From Antedon mediterranea (lineage: Eukaryota; Animalia; Echinodermata), in NCBI RefSeq assembly GCF_964355755.1, contig NC_092678.1:17935365-17999364 (forward strand): a stretch of DNA of 64,000 bases, written 5' to 3'. Every line of letters starts with the position of its first letter. The stretch's first letter is position 1. The notes beneath the pieces were generated by a model that was not told the DNA's origin, did not search any database, and was given only the letters and a program-made list of their open reading frames with translations. This document shows, piece after piece, positions 50,217 to 61,320 of the stretch. The position numbers and the translations under genes are program-made.

Positions 50217-52499
50217 ATGGATACACATATAAATATACGCCGTTTATGGATTATTTTAATTTTTGCTGGATTGGTTTATATTGTCGAAGTTAATTCTCAG
50301 TTTTTAACAGAGCCACAATCTGCTGAAGTGACGCAGGGTATAGACCATACTTTGGAATGCGTTGTCAACAAAACCTATCTTGCTGGTTTGTTTTTTCTGG
50401 CATGGACTAAAGATTCTGAGGTTTTCTCGGCGCGTAACCAAATTGATAAGGTTGCTTTAGAAAATATAAATGGTGAAGACCCAGAAGATCGATACACAAT
50501 TACCAAAGTTGACCAAGGTGACACAGGAACGTATAAATTGATTATTGATCAAGTAAAAGGTGTAGATTCTGGAAATTATCAATGTGTAATTTGTCAACAT
50601 CCGTCAACTTCATATGTGTGTACAGCCATTACAGATTTTAAATCGAGTGTAGCAACATTTAATGTCTTGTACACTCCATCAGTCCCTGAATACCCAGAAT
50701 GTAATGGTTTGGACAGTTCTGCAACTGTGTCTATTGGAACTCAAGTTGAGGTGACATGTGTGTCGGAAATTGGTGATCCAAAGGTTCAATTACAATGGAA
50801 TAAGGATGGTGTACCATTATTAAGTACAGTAACTGAAAGAGAAGAGAATAACAGACTTTATCTTATATATACTTTTACAGCAGAACTCTCCCATACTGGT
50901 ATGATTTTAAGCTGCTCTTCTACAAGCCCTCATTTTACATCATATTCTGAATCTTGTAGCTTTAATGCGCTTACTGTTGTTGACATGCCAGTGGTGGCAG
51001 TTACTTCAGGAGCTGCAGAGTATGAAGAAGGATCACCAGCAAACTTTACCTGTACAGCCTCAAGTGCTACTTCAATTACTTTCGAATGGTCTACAGGAAA
51101 TATACCAAGCAGCAGGTATACACAGAATAATATGGGAATGGAATCTGTTTTGACTATCACTTCAGTTATAGCTAGTGATCATCAGACTGCAATCAAATGT
51201 GTTGTAAGAAATGAGCAGGGACAAACTGCAGAGGACCAAGTATTTTTGGAAGTAATTGGTGGGCCTACAGGTATAATTCCAACAAGCAGAATGAATCCAC
51301 CTACCACTAAATCAGTAACAACCAATAGTAACGAACCAAAATTAACTACAACACCGGTACCAGAAGATAGTAGTAATCTTGGTGCCGCTATTGGTGGCGC
51401 TGTTGCAGGCATTGTTATAATTATTTTGGTTATACTGCTCGCCATATATTTCTGTGGGAAGAGAAAACAGAAAATGGATTTGTCCGGAAAAGTCATGTCG
51501 ATTGGTTCACCTCCAAATGGAATTGGTAGCCATGCACCGCCAACAAAGAAAATGGATTTTGATGATGATGTTAAAAAGGAACCTTTACCTATTACTGATG
51601 AGCCAGATGTAGTGCCAAGGCAGCATAATGGTAATCACGATCCACGGTCCTGGTGGCGTGAATCTGTGCCCGGAGATGCGTATACCAAAGACGACAACGA
51701 ATATCCAACTATAAAACGTATGCAGATGCCATTTAATCAGAGGGCGCCATCTATGGAAAATCTGCAAGAGCGAGTGGAAATGGATAATTATCGTAGCGGA
51801 TCAAATGGTTATGTTGAAACCGATGTTTATCGTGAAACGGAAAATATGTCTCCAGCTAGCGGTCGCTACGATTACAATCCTCCGAGTGTTCACAGTGATA
51901 ACCCAGCATTGAGTTATCATGATTACCATAACCCTCAGTTTGATCAACCAGAAAGCTATCACAGACCGCCATCAGTTGATCATTACAGTGAATATAGTTA
52001 CCAACAGGAAGATCCTAGAATGCAACATCCCCAGGATGATCCCAGAATGCAACATCCCCATCCATCGGTAAATTATGGTCCACCGCCACCACAAGCACAA
52101 GATAGGTATGACAATTATTACAACAGTTACGATCGCAGAAACCCTGCTAATTACGGCCCCAGACCAGGAATTGACAATCCAAACTTTAACAGTGATATGC
52201 ACGTTGCGAATGATATGTATAACGCACGCAATCCAAATTATCCAGACAGTTACGACCCTCATGGTTTTTCCGAGGATGGCTCCGTGTTTAGCAGTGTAAC
52301 GGACCGTTATTATGATCAAGATTCAAGGATTGAAGGAGCCAGATCGCCTGCATTTTATCCCGATAATAATGGATACGCTTCATCGGATCGGCCAATTAGT
52401 CCATACGCTGATATCCCACCTGGCCAAACAAATAACTCAAGTGATGTTTTGTACATGCAGGGACATGACATAGATGTTACTGATCCCAGTTATGTTTAA
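50217..52499 (+). CDS. Type I transmembrane Ig-superfamily cell-adhesion receptor (3 Ig domains; CADM/nectin/Kirrel-like architecture), 760 aa, intronless CDS
   Basis: Kozak ACCATGG at 50217. Signal peptide (LWIILIFAGLVYIVEVNS), three Ig domains (LECVV..WTK..DSGNYQC; VTC..LQWNK..LSC; FTC..FEW..IKC), Thr/Pro stalk, TM AAIGGAVAGIVIIILVILLAIYFC+KRK, Tyr/Pro/Asp-rich tail ending PSYV. Confidence 0.92.
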   Translation: MDTHINIRRLWIILIFAGLVYIVEVNSQFLTEPQSAEVTQGIDHTLECVVNKTYLAGLFFLAWTKDSEVFSARNQIDKVALENINGEDPEDRYTITKVDQGDTGTYKLIIDQVKGVDSGNYQCVICQHPSTSYVCTAITDFKSSVATFNVLYTPSVPEYPECNGLDSSATVSIGTQVEVTCVSEIGDPKVQLQWNKDGVPLLSTVTEREENNRLYLIYTFTAELSHTGMILSCSSTSPHFTSYSESCSFNALTVVDMPVVAVTSGAAEYEEGSPANFTCTASSATSITFEWSTGNIPSSRYTQNNMGMESVLTITSVIASDHQTAIKCVVRNEQGQTAEDQVFLEVIGGPTGIIPTSRMNPPTTKSVTTNSNEPKLTTTPVPEDSSNLGAAIGGAVAGIVIIILVILLAIYFCGKRKQKMDLSGKVMSIGSPPNGIGSHAPPTKKMDFDDDVKKEPLPITDEPDVVPRQHNGNHDPRSWWRESVPGDAYTKDDNEYPTIKRMQMPFNQRAPSMENLQERVEMDNYRSGSNGYVETDVYRETENMSPASGRYDYNPPSVHSDNPALSYHDYHNPQFDQPESYHRPPSVDHYSEYSYQQEDPRMQHPQDDPRMQHPHPSVNYGPPPPQAQDRYDNYYNSYDRRNPANYGPRPGIDNPNFNSDMHVANDMYNARNPNYPDSYDPHGFSEDGSVFSSVTDRYYDQDSRIEGARSPAFYPDNNGYASSDRPISPYADIPPGQTNNSSDVLYMQGHDIDVTDPSYV

Positions 52500-54152
52500 A
52501 ATTGCACCAGAAGTTGTATGTTTATAGTTGACCTACAGTATTCCAAGGTCAAATCAGATTCAACTAAAAGCAAGCTTAAGGTCTGTTTTATTTGTGTGAA
52601 TTAAGCGGAAAATTTATTTTTTTAAATGTTCTTGTTTATGGAAATACGACTTCTGTACACAGTTACGTCTTGGAAACATACTGTACTGTACCTCCTGACA
52701 GGTAGCTATCTTTAAAATCAATGAATTTACTGTACTGTATACTTTGGAAATTCCCATTGTTGTTGCTCAAGTAGTTTAAATTTTGACCTTGAGGTCAAAT
52801 TTTAAAAATCATGAAAATAAGCCGGGATATATTTGAATTGAATTACGGTATTCTTAACAATAATATCCATTTGGTGTACAATTATTATTAATTAATTAGT
52901 AATTATTATATTACCTACAGTAGTTTTTTTTCAGGCACATTTCACAAGATTTTAATTTTATTTTTATCATTTATCATTAAAATAATTAGAAAAAAGTATT
53001 ATCTATATTTAATTTGGACATTCGTAGTAACCCTGCATAATTACATTCAAACGAATTCATTCAAAGACCACTAACTGAATTTTGAAATTTCCACATACAT
53101 TAAATAATATATCCTTTGTGGTAAGGCCTTACCAATTTGCAATATAAAATTCCATAAAATGTTGATTGATAAAGTCATAGATGCATTAATTTTATAAAAC
53201 ATTCGTTTAGTCATTCCATTAAATGCTTTAATAATATTAATATTAATGTATCAATTACATTTCAACTAATTGTGTGTTAAAAAGTTTTTCCAATATAATA
53301 TTCTTTCATTAAATTTAACGATAGTTTGTCCCTCGAAAAAATAATTGTTTTAATGTTTTAGTTGAATATGTAGGCCATTTTTTTTAATGTCACATGATAG
53401 TTATTAACTTTAACCAACAATTTTGAAAAAAAAAGCTATTTAATTTAAAGCAAAAAAAATACACAGTAAAATCATTACTGTAATTTTTTTTCTCGTCTGA
53501 ATAACTTTATTAAAACTGCAAAATGGCCTATTCAAAGTATTATTTTATCAATCTACATTTTTGGGGACAATACATCTTTTAATTTAATCAATTTAATAAA
53601 CAAGTTTTCATATTATTATCAATAATCCAGTACATATTAGGCAAATTTGTTAATTTTACTTAAATTTTATAAACCACTGAAATTGCAATTTTGATTAGAA
53701 TTAGTTATACAGTAGCTGTAACATGTACAGTGTAGCAAACAAAGACAATACGTACTATTAAAATAGTCAATAGTTGTAATATATTGGCCCTACAGTACAT
53801 TATTAAGACAAAGTCATTTTTTGTATGTATTACACAGTATGGGATACATAATTATTAATGATTAAATTTTTTCATATTTATTTAAGATTAGAACAAACAA
53901 GCCTACTGTATGCAGTGATAATGATATGAAACTTGTTTTATTTAAATATAAAACAAATATAAATGAAAAGTTAAAATACTGTACTGATCCATCATATTAG
54001 TTTAAAAGTGGCAAAATCATTAGATAATTTGACGTAGAGATGCATTTATTTATTGCTTCACAGTTTTATTATTTATTAATTTATACATTGTGTACTGTAC
54101 TCTATTTAATGCATTGGTTACCAAAACGTGTTTAATTTACCACTCTGGTATT

Positions 54153-57140
54153 TACTCTAGTAGCTAGATCAACTTTCGTATGCACTTTGAGGTCCAGAGA
54201 ATTTGACTTCAGAAATTGGTTTAGGGTGGTCAAACAATCATTTTTGGCTTGGTTACACATTTTGAAAATGTGGCGAAAGGTCAAAAGGTCAGGGTCAAAG
54301 GTTATAAAATCAAACACCATTATGTCCTTAAATCTCGACAACCACTGGTCACAGCGAGGTAATTTTGGTCTTAAATTAATCAGAAGGTATACATTTATAT
54401 TCAGTCTAATGAAACATTTTAGTCGAAAATGACCGGAAATGCCATTTCTGACCTTTGACCCATAAACCAGGGCATGTCTGTATCTCCGTAACTATTGGCC
54501 GTAGTGACTTGAATTTGGGCTCAAATTGTTCGAAATATACATTTAGTTATTTGTTACACATTTTGAACAATGTTACAAAAGGTCAAAAGGTCAAGGCCAG
54601 GGGTTATATGAATAAACACAAATAGGTATTTGTATCTCGGCAACCACTGGTCACAGCGAGTAAATTTTGGTCTCAAAATGTTCAGAAGGTATACATTCAT
54701 ATTCAGTCTAATGAAACATTTTAGTAAAAAATGACCGGAAATGACATTTCTGACCTTTGACATACATACCAGGGCATCTTCTTATCTCTGTAAGTACAGG
54801 TCGTAGAAACTTAAATTTAGTATCAAATTGTTAGAAATAAACATATTTACATTCATTCTAACAGAAAATTTGGATAAAAGATGATCAGAAATAATATTAA
54901 TTACTAATCTTTTAAATGAAAAACATATCTACCTAACTTATCATTAGACAGTAATGTTATGCAATAATTGATGCTTAATGATTTCATTATACTGTAGGAA
55001 TTAAAACAAATCCTTTACTGTTTGTAATAATTGTACTTTTGCTTATAATAATGCTAGAAAGTATTGTTGACCCCCGAACGTTCAAACATTTTGAGAATGC
55101 TAGAAGTAATTTACTGTAGTTACCCGAATAAAATCCTCTGGCATTTATTTATTCAGGGAAGGTGTTTATTTTGTTGGGTGTAATAATGGTAACATGTATA
55201 ATCAAATAAATACACCCCAGATATATATAAAAAAAAATATATATATATATAATGAGAATAATAACGGGATTAAACCTCATTCTATCCTGGAGGAAGTACA
55301 ATCATGTAATAAAAGGTATCGGAGACCACAATAATAAACCAAGTCATTGTCATTATTACGTAACACTGTTGCATAATAGTTTTGAATGTCAACGACAAAA
55401 CTTATACATACACGTCTGTTCCCAGTGTAGATAATAAAACAATATATATTTCTGGAGATTTATTATCAATACCACTAGAAACTTTGACATGTTTTAGGTA
55501 CTGAATGCATTGACAATAAAAGCATCAGAAGTTTATCATGATAAAATCATACTACAACACTGTACTACAGTACACAAGGGTGTTTTCAGGAAAGCTGGAC
55601 ATATTGTACAATAGTAATGAAACTATGTATTGGCATTTAAAACTATGCAAAAGATTGTTGTCAAATTGTAGTTACAAACAAATAGATGATAGAATGAAGA
55701 TCCATTATGAGTGCAATCGTGTCAGGATAATGATGTGTCATTGTTTTATATCATTATACTGGCACCTGGAGGAGAAGATCCATTTAATGGAATCTATCAC
55801 TTTTATTTTAAAAGACAGAAACATTTCGTTAAAAAGCATAAAGAGGAAAACGAATCATGTAAAGTACCTTTTATCAGTTGAGAAACGAAATACAATTATT
55901 AAAATTAGAGTATTCCTTCAAATAAACGCCACCATTCCCTCCAATAGAACACCATGTGGAATAAACGCCCCGCCACATGCATTTACAGAATAATTGTATG
56001 ACGTCAACACATTTCATTAACTACCATAATCTACAATTTACCAAGCATTTTGACATAATTTTATCACTTTTTGATATTAATTGTGCAGTATTTTTTTACA
56101 TCTAGGTGGTATTTATTTGATTATACATGTTACCATATTATACCCCAAATAAAGATGCCTCCTTTCCCCCTAAAAACCCTTTTGAACAATAAATGCCTGG
56201 AGCGTTTAATCGGATACATATGGCAAGTTACTTCTAGCATTCTGAAAAGAACTGTTGAGCTTAACGTTTCTATCAAAATGTCCTTGGGGACAGCAATAAC
56301 TTGAAATTAAAACAATTTAAAGTATCAGTTATTGCATAACATTACTGTCTATAGGATAAGTTGTGTAGATATGTTTTTTGTTTGAAACATTAGTAATAGT
56401 ATTTCTGTTCATCTTTTAACCACATTTTCTATTACAATGAATGTAAATATGTATATTTCGAACAATTTGATACCAAATTAAAGTTTCTACGACCTGTACT
56501 TACAGAGATATGAAGATGCCCTGGTATGTGGGTCAAAGGTCAGAAATGGCATTTCTGATCATTTTTGACTAAAATGCCCCATTAGATGGAATATAAATGC
56601 ATGCCTTCTGAACATTTTGAGACCAAAATTGTCTTGCTGCGACCAGTGGTTGCCGAGATACAAGTACCTTTTTTTATTTGTTCAAATAACCCTTGACCTT
56701 GACCCTTTGACCTTTTGTAACATTTTTCAAAATGTGTAACAAATAACTAAATGTATATTTCGAACAATTTGAGCCCAAATTCAAGTCACTACGGCCAATA
56801 GTTACGGAGATACAGACATGCCCTGGTTTATGGGTCAAAGGTCAGAAATGGCATTTCCGGTCATTTTCGACTAAAATGTTTCATTAGACTGAATATAAAT
56901 GTATACCTTCTGATTAATTTAAGACCAAAATTACCTCGCTGTGACCAGTGGTTGTCGAGATTTAAGGACATAATGGTGTTTGATTTTATAACCTTTGACC
57001 CTGACCTTTTGACCTTTCGCCACATTTTCAAAATGTGTAACCAAGCCAAAAATGATTGTTTGACCACCCTAAACCAATTTCTGAAGTCAAATTCTCTGGA
57101 CCTCAAAGTGCATACGAAAGTTGATCTAGCTACTAGAGTA
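54153..57140. mobile_element. ~3-kb foldback DNA element with ~800-bp TIRs (related to the Academ-like element at 16438)
   Basis: ATT|TACTCTAGTAGCTAG ... CTAGCTACTAGAGTA|ATT, giving a 3-bp TSD. ORFs 54187-54432(+) and 56861-57106(-) are identical mirror images. Shares AAATGACCGGAAATGAC and TGACCTTTGACC subrepeats with the 16438 TIRs. Confidence 0.85.
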
Positions 57141-58725
57141 ATTATACTCGTTCAACGAGTGTGAACATATTATACTCCTTGCTGGAGACAGTGAAAGTAC
57201 TCTGTGTACAGTAGCAAAGGATTTTCTATGTACTCTACAGTACATAATACTGATCTCCCTTTAATTAAAGACCACTTTTGGGATGATTATTTTAGTAAAG
57301 TAGCTTTGGTCCCTAATTAAAATCCCTCCAACTATAGACCGGCACTAGATGTTTAGAGGGAAACTAAAGAATGGTTATCTTGCTCCCTAAAGGGAAAAAT
57401 AATGTAATCAGGTTGGTTTGTTTGATTTTCTGTCCATTTGTTCAAATTTGTTCTTCAATTTTTTATTGGCTGTTCTACCCAAAAAAAGTGTTATTTCAAA
57501 ATTGTCGTTTAGTCGCGTGCACTACTGTAAGTCACTGTGTTGGTCAGTCGGTTGGTCGGTCGATCGGTAAATACTAACTCAAATTTGAGCACGCGACTGC
57601 GGTCATGTATACAGTATGGCCATGTTTAAAGAGGTGTATATTGGGAAAAATATTTAGTTGGGTACACCCAAACCGTGGTCATTTTTCTCTAATTAGAGAC
57701 AGTCTTTAATTAAAGGGAGCATCTAATGTTAGAAGATACAGTAGGCGATCATCTATGGTATGCGGTATTAAATTGAAATGGTCTTTAATTGGAGGGAGAC
57801 ATGTACTTTGAAGCAATCCACATTAGGAACCACCGCTTTAACATCAGTATTGTACTGTAAGTTAACAGCAGCTTTAAGATTTATATTTAAAAATATAATG
57901 TTTGTTTGAACTGTAATTATGTAAATTTCAATGGTTACCAAATTATCTGCCACTAGTTTTCTAATTATTTAACTGGAATGCAAGTACAGTATTTCACACT
58001 TTCATGTCTTTCTAGATCCATAATGTTGAAACAATGCCCTACTATTATGAGTAATTGAAAGCAGTTTTTTTATAGGCTCGTAACCTCTGTTTGATTTTAA
58101 GAGAATAATGGGTATTTAGAATTATAATCAGAAAAGAATGATTGTTGGTTTTAAAAGAAAAGGCATTTTGTCCTTCAATTAATTTTTTTTTACTTTTGCT
58201 GGCGTAATTTATTTATGTACAGTTGAATATAAAAACATAAATACCACTGAAGCAAAACAAGTTTAATATCATCAAAATTATTATTTGAAAAATTTCCAAA
58301 ATGGACATCAATGTTTTAATATCTTTTTATATCTTAGAATATAGTATACAGTACAGAATCTATACTGTTCATTGGATTGAGTGATGGGAACTTCAGGAGA
58401 AGTTTTAATTATATGTGATTAAATTTCTCTATTTTTTATATTAACCTTTCTTTAAACATAAAATTGAACTGTGTACAGTCATTAACTTCTTAGCCAATTA
58501 TGAGACATGCCCACCGACATTAATAGTCTATATATTTTTCTTTTCAAATAATTATTTTATGACTTTCTTAATTGTTAGAGACCAATTTGTTTAAATATAT
58601 CTTATGTTGTGATGTCTACTTAGTAAATTGGACATGTTTATGATATATTGTACTCATTTTTATTTTCATGAATATTTTTTTTAGGATTTAAGTTTTAAGT
58701 TTAATATGTTGAACAATTTTACTAA

Positions 58726-60414
58726 GGGGCCATGTCATAATTATTTTTACTGCAGTAATTACAGTAATCAATACACATTCTTATAACAGTCATTGTTTCA
58801 TAAACTTCTACTGAACTCCCTGCTACTGTAAGAACAAGCTAAATATATTTTGTTAGTGGAATAAAAAGTGTGGTTACTGCAGTAACTGCAGTAAAATAAT
58901 TTTGACATGATCCGCATGATACTGTATCTGTAAATAACATTTTGTATATATTATAATTGTATATTTTGTATATTTTAATAAGTCTTCGATAATTATTCCA
59001 TTTTGAACTTATCAATATCCACATTTTTTAATTATTTGAAGAATTATTTAAAGATAAATAAAACAATTAGTTTTACGTCCAGGATTTAAAAATGTTTTTT
59101 AATAAGGGCTTTGCTAATTATATTTTTGTTGACACTATAAAAAAGGGAGTGATAATCATATTTAAGCCTTATCTACACTAACTTTATGTGACAAAAAAGT
59201 GATGTGCCCATATATGGACATGATGATGTCATATCACTACCATCTTTGGGCATACCACTACCATATTTGGGCATACAGAGCTTTAGTTTGTTAATATACC
59301 AACACATTTGAATATGATCAATTAAAAAATTCCCCTTCATGAAAAAAAATATAATCATAATACATAATTATTTAATCCTGGATGTAAAACTAATGTTTTT
59401 TTTTACTTGGTCTAAATTAAGAAACATGCACTTCTTGCATACAAAACATGACTAAGTATTAGGTGAAATCTATACAAATCTTAATAAAATATTAGGGATC
59501 ATGTAAACAGTGTTCTACTGCAGTTCCTGCAGTAACTATATTTTTAGTGTAATAACACATGAGTTTAGTTTATTCCATTGTGAGTTTATGAGGCAATTTG
59601 TACTAATACACACAAAATTGTTATTAATAATTGTATAAACAGGTTAGACAATGCATTAATGCAGTAGAATCATTTTGACATGGTCCCTTAATGTTTGACA
59701 TGGTCCCTTAATGTTTGACATGGTCCCTTAATGTTTGACATGGTCCCTTAATGTTTGACATGGTCCCTTAATGTTTGACATGGTCCCTTAAGGTTTGACA
59801 TGGTCCCTTAAGGTTTGACATAGTCCCTTAATGTTTGGTATGGTACCTTTATGTTGGATAATTTCAGTCATGAAGATGATGCATCTAAATCTAAATTGTT
59901 GCTAATGGATTTGTTAAGATAAATGACCCAAATTGAACTACAGTACATGACCCTTCCAATAGGCGTGATTTTCTAATAGCTGTTTTTAAGCTTTGTCCAC
60001 GTTCAGTTATGTGACACTGTCTATTTCATTACTACAGTGTAATTAGAGGTATATTGTATATTTTTTATATTAATCTATATGCTTTGTTCATTTAAAATCG
60101 CATACAATAAAGTAAGACATACCATTTGTTGATCAGTCACAGATATTTTCTAATGAAATAGAAATTTATGTACAAAATATTAATGTTATATCAATTTTCT
60201 TTGTATTTGCTTTAGGGATCATGTAAAAATTATCCTACCGCAGTAACCATACGTTTTAACCTGTGCATTCATGCAATTACTTTGAAAGCTATTTTGGTAA
60301 TATGTATCACACATTGTAGTGACTGCCAGTAAACGTTTACATTTAAACTAAAACCAATTGCAGTGAGAAATAGTTGCTGCAGTAACTGCAGTAGAATAAT
60401 TGTTGACATGATCC
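58726..60414. mobile_element. Cluster of three ~190-200-bp MITEs of one family (58726-58913, 59495-59687, 60215-60414), Harbinger/Tourist-like
   Basis: TIRs GGGATCATGT(C/A)AA..CTACTGCAGT / ACTGCAGTA..TTGACATG(A/G)TCC; TTA TSD visible on the middle copy. Confidence 0.7.
59674..59856. repeat. 20-bp minisatellite (~9 copies) made from the right TIR + TSD of the middle MITE
   Basis: Unit TTTGACATGGTCCCTTAA(T/G)G. Confidence 0.9.
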
Positions 60415-60589
60415 ATAAGCTAGTGAATAGAGTATATTCACTGATACTGTGTAAACACTGATTTCCATGGTGCTGTTCTGCAGTATAACACCTGTGGAAT
60501 AAGAGTATTGTTTATTTTGATTGTACAATAAAAATTACGAAGAAATAAGAGATTGACCCCTCTAAGCTTATATTTAGTTCAGTTTATGA

Positions 60590-61320
60590 TGTGGTATAAT
60601 TGGATGTCTGTACAGTATATCAAACAGGGAATTCCTGGTTTGAATCCCTGGTCGGTTTGTCTCATTCTCATAGATGTCCTCAACATGGCAGGCGAGACAT
60701 GGAGAGAATGATTGGCCCCTTCGTTCTTCTGTTTAGTTACATCAGTTTGTGGTCTAATGGTAGGATGTCTGCATATCAAGCAGGAGATTCGGAATCTCGG
60801 TTGTGGAAGCTTTTTTCTCATTCGTACATGCTCACAACTTGACGGACGGGCGTTTTTGAATTTAAATTGACGGACAATAGATTGACGCCTTTGAGATTCA
60901 ATTCAATTCAAAATTCTTTAATCATCCCACACGGGGCAATTCAAATAAAAAGGTCTGGATTAAAATGATATGTAGTATAATGGTAGGACATTTGTATAAA
61001 TCAAGCAGGAGATTCCGGGTTCGAATCTCGGTTGGGGCAGATTTGTCTTATTCTCACACTCGTACAACATGTTTGTGAATTGTGAATAGATTGACGCCTT
61101 TAATCTTCTGTTTCAAGGAGAAATGTTTGGTCTAATGTTAGAATTCCGAGTTAGAATCTCATGTCTAAAGTTTGCAGGCGTGTTTGAATGCAAATGATAA
61201 AAAAACGTCGACGTCTTCGAGGTCAATCACTTTAAAGATAACGTATGTGGTTTAGTGGTAGGGTTTCCGCATACCAAGCAGAATATTCCTGGTTCGAATC
61301 GCAGTTTTAGCTGCTTTTGC
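60590..61320 (+). repeat. Head-to-tail cluster of ~5 degenerate tRNA-derived units (same family as 30660-30731)
   Basis: TG(T/G)GGT(C/A/T)TA(A/G)TGGTAGG...GCATATCAAGCAGG...GGTTCGAATC-like modules at ~60590, 60748, 60971, 61125, 61246. Confidence 0.7.

Noticed and set aside
55538-55993. 151-aa ORF inside the foldback element as a transposase
   Set aside because: No recognisable DDE or other motif; composition consistent with a chance ORF.
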